Shown: in pieces, positions 13,026 to 25,636 of the stretch
How positions within the stretch are numbered: the stretch's first letter is position 1
Layout of the letters: every line of letters starts with the position of its first letter
NCBI RefSeq assembly: GCF_006345805.1
Contig: NC_043001.1
Span: forward strand, 98,394,001 to 98,458,000
DNA: 64,000 nucleotides
Source of the DNA: Octopus sinensis
Lineage: Eukaryota
Direction: 5' to 3'
Position numbers and translations under genes: made by a program
The notes under the pieces: generated by a model
The model's input: only the letters and a program-made list of their open reading frames with translations
What the model was told of the DNA's origin: nothing
Databases searched by the model: none

Positions 13026-14989
13026 GAAGTTGAGAGGAATTTCTTCTCAAGCCAGGAATAAAATTACCTAAAATGAAAAGACCTAGAAGACCATACACTT
13101 CAACACTGTCAAAAACTCCCATTGTTACATCGAAGGAGCTTTCCTAGTCAGTGAGCCTGACACACTATGATCTTATAATCAAATAAGGTACTCGTTAATA
13201 CAGTTATTTATATATCCAGTCAAGAAACGAATAAAAGCACAAATGGATCATTAGTAAGAATTGAATATTATTTTTGATTTTTGTGTTGTCTGCGACTCAT
13301 AAAGTATGCTATGGAGAAGTTTTACATTATGATTCTGCGTATTTTGATTTTGGAGTTTGTCACTTGTGTTTGGCCCACCCAAAACCGCATGACAGTGTTG
13401 ATTTGTTTGTGCCCCAGCCCGTCATTAGCGGTTCGGCACAAGACACCGACAGAAATAAGTAGCAGACTCAAAATATAAGTCCTAGGGGATAGGGTGATGC
13501 CCTATCATTGCGAGTAGCCATGTTCCACTGAGTGAAACAAGTAGAAAGATAAAAAAAAATTGATAGATATCTCCTTGGACAATGTATGTTAAAACAGACA
13601 CGGAATGAATGCCTGCTTATAATTGGTTTGCTTATCAGAGTTTGAACTATTGCTTAACAACGGGCAACCATAGATGATCAAACAGTAATGTTGCAAAATA
13701 TCTGATAAAGGTAAATAACTCTACTAGTCATTACTCAGATTTACTTCCCCTGGTACTCTGTTTTTTTTAAGGCTGTCATTACGTCCTAAATAAATCTTAA
13801 CCGAACAAACCTATAACACTGGTCTCCAACAAATGTGATTCTTACATATAAATATGTGCTTCTTACTAATTTTCTAGCGCTATCGGACCAGGATTTCTGT
13901 ATATTCTTTTCTTCTCGAGGCACAAGACCCAACATTTTTGGGGAGGGTACCAGTCGATTAGATCGACCCCAGAACGTAACAGCTACTTAATTTATCGACC
14001 CATGCTCGCGTTTCTGCCAGCTCGCCGCCATAGGATTTCTGTATATTGGATGGAAAATATGTTCTGCGTACAGTCGTTTCTATCCGTTTTATAACACATG
14101 GTGAGGTATGTATATATACTAACTATAAGGCGGCGAGCTGGCAGAATCGTTAGCACGCCGGGCGAAATGCCTAGCGGTATTTTGTCTGCCGTTACGTTCT
14201 GAGTTCAAATTCCGCTAAGGTCGACTTTGCTTCTCATCCTTTCGGGGTCGATAAATTAAGTACCAGTTACGTACTGGGGTCGATGTAATCGACTTAATAC
14301 CTATGTCTGTCCTTGTTTGTCCCCTCTGTGTTTAGCCCCTTGTGGGTAATAAAGAAATAGGTATTTCGTCAGCCGTTACGTTCTGAGTTCAAATTCCGCT
14401 AAGGTCGACTTTGCCTCTCATCCTTTCGGGGTCGATTAAATAAGTATTAGTTACGCACTGGGGTCGATATAATCGACTTAATCTGTTTGTCTGTCCCCTC
14501 TGTGTTTAGCCCCTTATGGGTAGTAAAGAAATAGGTATAGGTTTAGTTGGCTGTGGTTCGTCTTGTTAGTCATCATCCATAGAGCTGCTATTGGAATCAG
14601 AATCCATTCTTAGCTCATGTTCAACAGGTGGAACTAGAACCAGTATTACTGGTCAGATTTCTGAAGGGATATTTGGGTATTGTATTGTAGTTTGTGTCTT
14701 GCCAGTTATTCCTTTGATGTTTGTAAGGCAGAAGTAGCAGTCATAATAATAATAATAATAATGAAATTATTGTATACAGTGCTCAGGTGCACCACAACTT
14801 GTCAGAGTATATGCAATAATGTACAAATGTCTGGAAAGCGAACAATGTATGAGTCAGATACATGCTTGTGTATGTATGGAGGGGAGAAAATCGGGTGTAG
14901 TGTTGGCGAATCTCAGGAAGCATGGAAGTTTTGAAGGATGCAGTGCTCCGACAACTGACAACTGATGCCGGCAGTTTGTTATGTTTCCG

Positions 14990-15330
14990 AAAGTCATGGG
15001 AGCTGTCCTGATTTCTGACTTTGTAACCATGTCCACAGGTGTTAGACAGCTGGAGTTTGAAAAGGTGCTCAGAGTTATTGTTTGTAAGATGGTTATGGTC
15101 TCTGGGTTCTCGCCACACCATTGGTATGGCAAAAAACAAACCTGAGCTTCGGTTTCAAATCATCCAGGTGATTGGCACAAGATCTACACACTATATGAGG
15201 TGACCATTTCTTGTCTTGGTCCCCTAATAGGGTTTTAATGTAGGCTTTGTAGTTTAATTGAACTACTTTGGGGATGGGTTTCTTAATGCTTTCCATTCAC
15301 AAGATCTACACACTATATGCGGTGACCATT
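14990..15330 (-). mobile_element. DNA transposase fragment, Chapaev3-like
   Basis: YKAY...LGDQDKKWSPHIVCRSC and FAIPMVWREPRDH motifs in two frames. Confidence 0.55.
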
Positions 15331-15699
15331 TCTTGTCTTGGTCAGGCAAAGTTGACCTTGGCGGAATTTGAACTTTTTATTACTGTTCTTAGTATTTGCA
15401 CCATCCCAAACGAAGTAAAGAATTTCAATCAAAGTAATAAAGTTTACAAAAATTCTAAACTTTTTAGAATCTAAAAACAAAATATAAAATGTGAAATTAA
15501 TATTAAATGATAAAATATATCCTAAGCAATAAAAGCTAACACAAAAATTAAAGTATAAAAAACCAATACTAATGAGATAGATACAAATTAATTTTCCCAT
15601 TATAAGGCCTCTGGTAGGAAGGAAGGTAACTCAAACAGGTAACCTAGCCTCAGTGCTTGCATTGAAATTAGTTTTCGCATTTATTATATTGGATATATA

Positions 15700-16130
15700 T
15701 ACACAGGTCATCGTCAACATATGACCATAATTGGTTCCTATTAACTGCTTGTAAGTCAATTTGGTGGTAAGTTGGCCTATAGGCCTACATAGCTTTGTTT
15801 TACATTTTTAGGTAAAAGTCACACACAACTTTCTGTATTATACTATTATACTAGCATTAGTCAAAAATTTCAGTCTCAAGCAGTCGTCTTATAAACAATT
15901 ACAAGATTGCCTTGATGTCTCCACGACAGGTTAGTCATCCAACACAGTGGCGATCAATAACCAAACCTAGGGGAAGCGTTTGTTAGCTGACATCATCTGT
16001 AGATAGGAAAATTTCTAAGAAATTAAACTCATTAGATTTCAACTGGACCATTTATTACTGCTGCCAGAAACTGGCACGCCAATCATCATAAAGTCAAGCA
16101 GTCATAAGTTAGATAGATCATAGGTCAATG
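15700..16130 (-). mobile_element. Highly degenerate LTR-retrotransposon (Gypsy-like) RT remnant
   Basis: Broken translation weakly resembles the RT region; many stops. Confidence 0.3.
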
Positions 16131-16139
16131 ACAACCTTT

Positions 16140-16515
16140 ATATATATTTAATTTAATTTAATTTTTTTGGCTCAAAAAGCCAAAGCAAGGCCATGTAGGG
16201 GGACATGGAATTATGTACAGGGAGGGTGTTCATACAAAGAGTTCAGGCCATTTCTGGTCAAGAGAGACTTTGAACTGAGCGGTCGTCGGCATCTTCACTA
16301 TCTCGTCCAGCAGCTTATTCCACGGATCCGCAACTCGGATGGAGAAAGCCCCTCTCCTTCGATTGAGGTGAAATCGTCGTAGATAGAGCTTTTCGGAGTG
16401 ACCCCACAGCCCACGCTCTGGAGCAGGAGTGAAGAACAGCTCTTTTGAGAGGTTACACTTTCCGCTTATGATGTTGTGAGCGAGAATGAGATCACCACGG
16501 TGTCGTCGTTTATAT
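16140..16515 (-). mobile_element. CR1-clade LINE 3' remnant
   Basis: GHSEKLY...RRGAFSIRVADPWNKL...FKVSLD motif. Confidence 0.8.
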
Positions 16516-18539
16516 ATATATATACTCACACACACGTGTTACACATTAACCAATGCCCATTTATAAGATAAGATAAAGAGTGATAGTCTAATGACACAGA
16601 GTGCTGTAGATCTCCAGATACCACAGGTAACCAGTCAGAAATTACATTTTTCAATCTAAAGTATTATCTCTTTTTTACTCTTTTACTTATTTCAGTCATT
16701 TGACTGCAGCCATGCTGGAGCACCGCCTTCAGTTGAGCAAATCGACCCCAAGACTTATTCTTTGTAAGCCTAGTACTTATTCTATCGGTCTCTTTTACCG
16801 AACTGCTAAGTTACGGGGATGGAAACACGCCAGCATCAGTTGTCAAGCGATGTTGGCGGGGACAAACACAGACACACATACATATATACGACAGGTTTCT
16901 TTCAGTTTCTGTCTACCAAATCCACCCACAAGGCTTTGGTCGGCCTGTGGCTATAGTAGAAGACACTGGGACCAAACCCGGAACCATGTGGTTTGCAAGC
17001 AAACTACTTACCACACAGCCACTTCTATGCCTGTTGAGAGATATGTCATTTCAGGTCTGCTTTTTGTGCTGGCATGGGTTAGGAGGGTTTTCACAATCTG
17101 AATCAATTCTTAGAGTTACTGCCTTCTGAAAGAAGTCAGAGGACAGCATCTTGCTTGTATGTTCATCTTTGGAATAAGTGCAGGTTAGAACTGCTAAGTT
17201 ACGGGGATGGAAACACAGCAGCATCGGTTGTCAAGCAATGTTGGGGGGACACAGACACACAAACATATACATACACACATACATATATATATATATACAA
17301 CAGGCTTCTTTCAGTTTCTGTCTACCAAATCCATTCACAAGGCTTTGGTTGGCCCGAGGCTATAGTAGAAGACACTTGCCGAAGGTGCCACGCAGTGGGA
17401 ATGAACCCGGAACTATGTGGTTGGTAAGCAAGCTACTTAACACACAGCCACTCCTGTATATGTATTTGTGTACACCCTTGTCTTGACATCATGTGATAGA
17501 TATAAATGAATATCACCATCGTAGGAGTCTGGCTATGGATGAGGGTGGGGAGATTATCTTGCTTGAAAACAGTTGGGATATGGGGACAAGTAAGGCATCC
17601 AGCTGTAGAAAATCTGCAACAAATTCTGTTTGACTCATGCAACCATGGAAAAAAGTAGACATCAAATGATAAACATGATGAACAAAAAACATCCTCAGAT
17701 ATTCTGCAGCTGTGAAAGTTAATGGTAGCTGAAAACAGAAAGAATGATTAATAGACTGATTAACAGATGTTACCTTCACTTGGTGTCCTGTGAGGTTAAA
17801 CAATGATTTAACTTCAGTTGACACCAGGGGTGGCTGCCAAAAAATTAGTCCAAAAGCTCAATCAATCTTCAACATTTACAATTACTGAGTGTCACATTTC
17901 CAGTTAAGTTAATTTATAACGACAGCTGATTTATACAAGCATGAGTATATATGTGTGTCTATATAGCTCCATACGTAACAACAATTAACCCTAGATCTGA
18001 CTCGGGGGTTATCACTTATTGGAAAATTATTAATTGCTTATAATATCCCTTAATTTCTTAATTCTGTAGCTCAGTGGGTAATAGGTTCTGCTCATGATTG
18101 CTATCATATTGCTTTTACATATGCATTTTATACATTTTATATATGTGTGTGTGTGTGTATATGAGAGAGAGAGAGAGGGAGAGAGGGGGAGGGAGAGAGA
18201 GAGGGGGAGAGAGGGGGAGGGAGGGAGAGAGAGATCATGATAAACACAAGTTCACATTTGTTATCTACATATTTGCAACCTTTGCACTGGGTGTTTCAAG
18301 GGCAATTGGATGTTGAATCACAATCATATCAGGACAATTACCCCCAATGACAAACTACTCGTTAGGAAAATTATTCTCTTTTGCTTAATTACCTGCTCTC
18401 CAATATATAAAATCAGTGGAATCATTTTTGCAGAGTTTTGAATTGTTTTAAAACTTTTTTTTGAAATTGTCTGATAATGCAGACATACACTTTCCCAAAT
18501 GCATCAATAAATTGACATTGATATTTTTTCACTGTGGTT

Positions 18540-19609
18540 ACAATCATCTGAAATGGAACTGTGAAAGCACGATATTTGAGCAATTTTGGCATTCAACCTC
18601 AAAAAAGGATGTTAAGCAGCTGAAACTGCTCACAATATCAACAAAACATTCGGTGAGGAAATGACCAGTGAGTGGACAACTCTAAATGGTTTAAACGATT
18701 TTGCAGTGGAGACCTGAGCTTTGCAGATCATGAGCATAGTGGACGCTCATCTGTCATCGAAGATGATCAATTAAAAATTGTCATTGAGAAAGATCCATGT
18801 AAAACTATTCAAGAACTGGCAAAAGAACTTTAAGTTAGCCAAAACACTGCCAGCAACCATTTGCATGCGATCAGAATATCAAAAAAGCTCGACAAATGGG
18901 TACCACACAATTTGAATGAAAGTCAGAAAATGTGCAGACATGAAATTTGCTCATCGCTTCTCCATAACCAGACCAATCCATTTCTCGACCATATTGTAAC
19001 TTGTGATGAAAAGTGGATTCTGTACAATAATAAAAAAGGTTCTTCGTAGTGGCTGGACCAAAATGAAGCACTGAAAACTTCCTTAGACCTAACTCTTCAA
19101 AAAGAAGGTTTTGGTGACTGTTTGGAGGTGTACTGCTGGACTCATTCCACTATAACTTCTTAAAACCTGGAAAAATCATTACTGCAGTAACATATTGCCA
19201 TGAAATTGCCAAAATGAATGAAAAACTGCTACTCCTCCGTCCCAGACAATGCTCAACCATACGTTTCCCTAATGATGCTCCAGAAGTTGAGGGAACTACT
19301 AAGTTCTTCCCTACCCAGTTTATACACCAGACCTTTCTCCTACCGACTAACACTTTTTCAAGCACTTTAATGGTTTCCTGTTAGAGAAGGAGTTCAAAAA
19401 TCAAACCAATGCTGAAAGTGCATTCAAAGAGTTCGTCAGCTCTAGAACTCCAGATTTTTATGTTACCAGAATAAACAAACTTGTAACTCGTTGGCAAAAA
19501 TGTGTTGATTGTTATGGCACTTACTTTGATGAATAAAATTTCTGCATTGTTGAAACATATCGTGGCGAATTCCATGTTTAAAAACACTGTTTACTTTTTA
19601 CTCAGCCTG
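18540..19609 (+). mobile_element. Mariner transposase fossil
   Basis: WVPHNL, VTCDEKWILYNN and YTPDLSPTD motifs with frameshifts and stops; right TIR ending in TA near 19610. Confidence 0.88.
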
Positions 19610-19734
19610 ATATTTTAAATTTCTGAAAATCAGAGTAAGCTGTGAAACTGGTTAAATCTTTAAATATAATAGTAAAAAATATTTTAACTACACTTAGTGC
19701 ATTTTCAACTTGTATTTTATATAGTTAATCCAAA

Positions 19735-19930
19735 CATGAACAAAGAGAAAACAACAACGCAAGGACAAGAAACAAGTACAGTGTTATTGGATGCTCAGGA
19801 AAGGAAAGAAAGAAAGGAGGATTTAATGTCTTGAGCAGAGCTCTTCATCAGAAACATAGAAAAAGGAAAGGGCCAAGGAAGAGAAGACAGAGAAAGAAAA
19901 TCACCAACGATACACATGCAGTCACACACA
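19735..19930 (-). mobile_element. Penelope-type short repeat with degenerate hammerhead (paralogue of 31690-31885)
   Basis: Clear similarity to 31690-31885; CTGATGA intact but GAAA mutated to AAGA. Confidence 0.6.
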
Positions 19931-21280
19931 CAATTTCTATTTACAAACATATCTGAGCTGTTTAACATTTAAAACAAAAATGCAATACCATTGTAGTAGG
20001 AAACCAAGGAAAATTTGGAATAAAGAGCAAAAAATTGATTGTGTCTATGGATACCTGTATGCATTTGTAAATAAAATACATATTGACAAAACTTCTTCGG
20101 ATCCCTTGACAGTCTCTAATCTCTCCAACATTCTTATATCTCATCCCTCATTACTCATCTGCCTATCATCCATATCAGTCACCCTTGTCTTTATCACTCA
20201 TAACTAAAGTGCACATCCCTGTGTCACTCTCCTCTTTGCAAGACTTGTAGCCTGTAATAGAATATAATCTATATCTTATTCCAGTTTTCCATTTTTAACA
20301 AGGGTTCTATGGCAGGATACCCTGCTTATTACCAACCACTTTACAGTATGAATTATGTACATTTTATCATACCTGTCACTTTCACATCTTAAATGAACCA
20401 GTAATTGGCCTTGTTAGAAATCAAACACTATTCACAAAAATGCATATGTAAAAAATAAATAAAAAGTCAAGTAGCCTTGTCATGATTTTGGTAATGCAGA
20501 GAATGAGTATTTCAATAAAATTCACTGGAAGTGGAATATATGAGACATGTATTCAAGAGGCAGTAATGTCTATTTTGAGGCTAAAAAAAACTCCATCGTA
20601 TATTTAAAAAAAAAAAAACATTTATGTACAATGGCTATCTTAACTGACAAATAGCTAAGTTAAAAAGAGAGTCACTACACAACCTGCTAGATATAGTAGT
20701 CAAATCACCCTACCATCTTTAAAAACTGGATACACTGAGAAAAGTATGGTCTGAAATAACACAAGTAGAACAATCAGTCATAGTTGGAATATTTATTGAA
20801 TCTGCTCAACTGAAGTCATCCAACTTAAGACTTCAAATGCTTACCATTCACGATTGTGACTGCAAATATTTTAATGAAGCTGATCTAAAACAAAATTACT
20901 TAAAAAAATTAAGACATTTTTGAATAACAATAACAGCACACTCAAAATATTTCATAAGAATTTTAATATATGTAAAGAATTTAACAGAAACAGCATCAAA
21001 ATAATTATAATTAGAAATTAAGACAGAACATTTAATTTTATAGAAATGATAACAAAATTTGACAAAAAAATATTTGCAAATTAGCAACCAGAGAAGCTCA
21101 TGGTATGCTGAACAAACGTTCTGAGTCAAATATATCATTGTTTATACAACAACAATGCTAATATTTGACAAAGGATCTTTTATGGATGGAATGTAGCAAA
21201 CTGTTGTATGCAATCACAATACATCAGCTATTATAGTAGACATCTGCAATTATCCCTTCAACACACACTTACATTATATA

Positions 21281-21334
<54 letters not shown>

Positions 21335-22493
21335 AAATCAAATTGGGTATTGTTAGTTAATACTTTAATTCACAAATATCTTAATATTTCAGAACAGAAC
21401 ACAGAGTTTACAAAGGTTAATATGTGTAACATTAACATATAAATTGGGAACAAATATACCATTTTATTGGAAACAGATTAATAAACTATAAAAGGATGCT
21501 TAAATTCCATGGAAGCAAGAAAAAGGCAGGAGATTTAAGTTTTTCTAACAACCTTAATTGCCACTACAAGCAGTTTCCTTTTGTTATTTAAAGTAAAATA
21601 TGTATTTTGTTTTTATTGTATATAAAAATATGAACATCTATATATCAGTAGAAATGATCCTTCCCATAGAGATATATTTATGGAAGAAAACAATTGTTTG
21701 GACAAGTTTAATCACCTGGGATATGATGTATTCATCACTACATTTACATAGAAATTGTTATCACTGGCTGGTTATTATTTACAGGTGAGAACAGAAGGAC
21801 TAGTTTAGAAATGGTAGGAAAATTATTTCTAATACAGGTACAATGCCACACATTTAGACTGTGTGTGTGTAAAGCTGATTGTTATAACTCTAGAAGAATG
21901 AAAAACTCAGGCTTAGTGGAATTTGAATCCAAGACATAAAAGCTTGTACCTAAATACAAGGAATTTATTTTGAAGCTAACAATTCTGCCAAACTACCTCA
22001 GGAAATTAACATTAAAAAAAGTAACAGGTTCAGGAAATTAATATAAAAAAAAAGGTAACAGGTTCATGAACAGAGGCTCAGAGTCAGTTCATGCATAGCT
22101 TGAGACTGTTTAGTGATAAACAAGTTAAATAGTGAAATTGTTTCTTGTATTGCAGGCAGTTTTCCAGTCAGCAAAAGTCAAGATAGTATCAAGGAAGTAA
22201 GGAAATGCAGGAAATTAAAAGCATGTTTGCTGTTAGTGAAATAGAGTTAGAAAGGTGTACCTAACATTTCAAATTGCAAAGCTGATAATCTATTCAACAA
22301 ACTTATACATTTAATGTAATCTAAAATAATAATAATAATAAACTGAAGCATAGACAAACTAAATACAAACTATTTCACTGAATTAATAAAGAGAAAGAGG
22401 CGGGGGAGGGGTTAATCTAACAAGAGAAAAAGAGTCACAGCAATATACAACATACAAGAAAACCATTTCAACAGTATTCAGGTTCAAATTACG

Positions 22494-22657
22494 GCTGTCT
22501 GGTATCAGACTCAACACAGAGGCCTACATCAAGTGCCAAAAAGGGGTAGTGCTCTCTTGGGTCAAGAGGGTGGCTGCTAGAAGACTATATCTGGCAACAG
22601 AACTCTGCACCATGCTTGTGTGGCATGGTGTTTTCAAGCTCGTTCTCAGATATTTTC
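22494..22657 (+). ncRNA. Candidate structured small RNA (H/ACA-like)
   Basis: GC-enriched island with three hairpins whose G-U pairs favour the plus strand; ANANNA motifs (AGAAGA/AGACTA) between hairpins; AUA followed by U-run at the 3' end. Confidence 0.3.
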
Positions 22658-23765
22658 TTTAAACTGATTTTTATCAAATTTTTTTAAACAAATAGTCACC
22701 ATACCCAAATATTTTGAAATATTGTTATGCAGTTTGATATACATGTGTTGACGTATATTAGCTAGTATAATATTAACCAAATGAAAGTGAAGTAGGTTAG
22801 ACGTGGTAACAGCTGTGTAGTCTGGCAATGATACTGTACGTTAGTCAAACTAAAATTAAATTACGAACCAAATACAAATATAGCGAATACCTTAATATTC
22901 CTAAGTTAAGTTTACAAAAATACATATTTTCTTTACTTAGAAAATTAATTTAGATACAAGAAAACAAAAGAGTACATGTCGTAAGTTTAGTTTCAACACA
23001 CAGATGACGGTTAGGTAAACAAAAAGTTGCTTTGAAAATTATTTCTTGTATCTTGCATTTCAATTGTCCTATACAAACACACACAAACAGTTCATGTAGG
23101 AAGACGAACAGACAAATAAGGATACAATTTTAATGAAAATATGTTGTTCGTGAATTATCACATATTAGTTTACTAAGATGACGAACTTATAATTGTGGCT
23201 TCATCGCTATTTTTTTTGTTCTTTTATTGTTTATTTTCAGAGTTTATATTGCTGCAGAATAAAGTTGTGTGAAAGTAGTGAGAGAATAAAACAGTGAAAG
23301 GTTGTAGCCGTCGGCAGAGTTCGGAGACAAAAAAACATTCAGAAGAAAAGTATTTCTTTCTTTATGTTACATGAAACACGTATGAATAAGATTAGGCTGT
23401 GTTTTGTGATTGTTATTGTAATGACTATAATTAGCAGATTTCCATAGAGGTGTGCGGCTGTTTAAATTATGATTGGTAATCACCTCAAATAGCAATGTGG
23501 CAGGACAAAAAGATGGGAAAAACTCATACTCAAAATGTTCCATAGGATCAGAATTTTCTTGGGTTTTTTTCTTCTTTTTTTTTTTTTTAAATAAAACGTA
23601 AAATACGGGTGTTTATTCACTTCCTTTTTGTTTCCGTTTGGCAGGAGGAAGCAGTTGTTGTGAATCATCCAGAGAAATGTTGACTGCTTGGTATGAACAT
23701 CACCACCCACTTTTTTTTTTTTTTTTACAATGAAATAAACATCATTTTTGTACATGCAATAGACA

Positions 23766-23945
23766 TTACACCAAGTTCCGTCTTCTGGCATAGTAACCTA
23801 AACAGGCACATATGCCGAGAATGCCAACCACGAGTCCCAGCACCAGTGCCAGAGCATCGCCGGCATCGAACGCCGACACTCCTGGGGTGAGGAAAGCGAA
23901 AATTAGAAGAAACGACAGAGACAGAAAACTCACCAAGTCAGCCAT
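23766..23945 (-). CDS. SMIM30: Small integral membrane protein 30 homologue (59 aa, single coding exon)
   Basis: Manual translation gives MADLVSFLSLSFLLIFAFLTPGVSAFDAGDALALVLGLVVGILGICACLGYYARRRNLV*: signal peptide-like N-terminus, one TM helix, basic tail. The C-terminal half closely matches human SMIM30 as recalled (AGDAIALLLGVVLSITGICACLGVYARKRN). Good start context (AAAG ATG G); AATAAA on minus strand at 23612-23617. Confidence 0.92.
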   Translation of the reverse strand: MADLVSFLSLSFLLIFAFLTPGVSAFDAGDALALVLGLVVGILGICACLGYYARRRNLV

Positions 23946-24061
23946 CTTTAAACACTACAACAACACGTGACACAATCTATAAAGAGAAAGAAGAAAGGAG
24001 GCGTGTCGCCAAGAACGACGACTCACATGTGACAACATATATATATATATCAAGAGAAATA

Positions 24062-24426
24062 CTTTATAATTAGGGTTCAGCAAAGATTTACTTTACCACA
24101 TACCGAAATTTAGAAATAGCAGCCAAAGAACCTTAGCTATTTCCTCTACTCCAAAAAGAGACTCGGATCTTTTAAATGCAAGAATTTAAAGACGAAATAT
24201 GTTACAAACTATAGAATTTTCTCATTCTAAGAGAAGATGATGTTTTATAAACACATTCTACCAGTATACGAGGTTTCAAATTTTTTAGTTACCTAGAAAT
24301 TATGTTAAAAACTGCCGTTCAAACCGAAAAGATCCAGAGACTCTACTTTAAAAAGAGTCTATTGGCTGCTATTTCTAAACTTCGGTATGTCGTAAAGCAA
24401 ATCTTTGCTGAACCCTAATTATAAAG
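24062..24426. mobile_element. Tc1/mariner-type MITE containing a nested hAT MITE (24165-24335)
   Basis: Outer TIRs ctttataattagggttcagcaaagatt with TA TSD; inner GGATC element with 8-bp TSD AGAGACTC. Confidence 0.8.
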
Positions 24427-24783
24427 TATTCATAAAGTTTACCGTGAAATGGTCCTTTTTCATGCCGAATTCTACTTGGTGAAATTATTGATTACTAGTT
24501 AATTAATTAATTTTACCCTTTGTTATTATAAAGAGAAATAGATAGATAGATAGATAGATACAATTCGAAGGGAGTCAACTCACTTAATTTACCCTTCACA
24601 AACGAATTTTGTTTTATTTACTTTTCGCTCGTGTATATAACCTTTAAAAGTGCATAATAGATCATGCGTATTTAGCACTAATCACTTAGAAAATTTAACG
24701 GCTAGTTTGAAAAGGGGCTTAGATTTCACTTTTACCCTAAGTTAATACCCAATTTTACACAGACTTGTGTGTGTGTGTGTGTG

Positions 24784-24867
<84 letters not shown>

Positions 24868-25246
24868 TATATATATATATATACATATATATCTAAATTT
24901 AAAATGAGAGTGAGAAATTGGATATTAATTTAATTAACATCAATTTAACACCAGTGGTCTAGCATATTAAAATCTGAAGGTCCAGAAAATTGTATTACAT
25001 ACATATGAGAGGGATGACCACTATGTGAACAACCCTTATGCTAGAAATAGATCCGCTATGGTCTTACCACTAAGAAATGTTCTCAAGAAAAAATTTATAT
25101 ATATATAATATGAATTAGAGATAAAACCACTATTATGCAACTCAAACAGTGATAGACATAAACTAATACATAAATAACAAATAATATATATCTAATTTTT
25201 TTAAAATATAGAACTTATAACTAGATCTCAAAAAGTATAAAAAATA

Positions 25247-25636
25247 TATCGCCCGGCGTTGCTCGGGTTTGTAAGGGAAATAACTATATAAGCATTTTTA
25301 GAGAGTTATAGCCAAAAAATAGCAAAAAAATGCATTAAAAATTGAAAAAAAATTAAGGTAAATTTTTTTTTTAAATCGTTGACACATCGTAGATATTTTT
25401 AGAGAGTTACTTCCCTTATATAAAAGCGAATAAAATGCATTAAAATGGAAAAATATGATGGTAAATTTTTTTTAAATCGTAGACTCATCGTAGACGCGCG
25501 CTAATACCCAGAAGGGCTCGATATGAATCACGACTATAAGATACCCGCTTTTGGTTAAACTGCACCGCAAAATGTGGGAGTAGTTACGAATGTAAATCGT
25601 AGGAGACAGACACACAACTTCACTCTTATATAAAGA
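25247..25636 (-). mobile_element. Non-autonomous Helitron, second copy lacking the terminal CTAG
   Basis: High similarity to 11986-12381. Confidence 0.8.

Noticed and set aside
22494-22515. Resemblance to the 5' end of U19/SNORA74
   Set aside because: Short match from memory only; the guide bases needed for helix 69 targets are not present.
22505-22535. SECIS or C/D-box-like UGAU...CUGA pair on the minus strand
   Set aside because: No apical AA, asymmetric stem and poor C box; G-U pairing favours the opposite strand.
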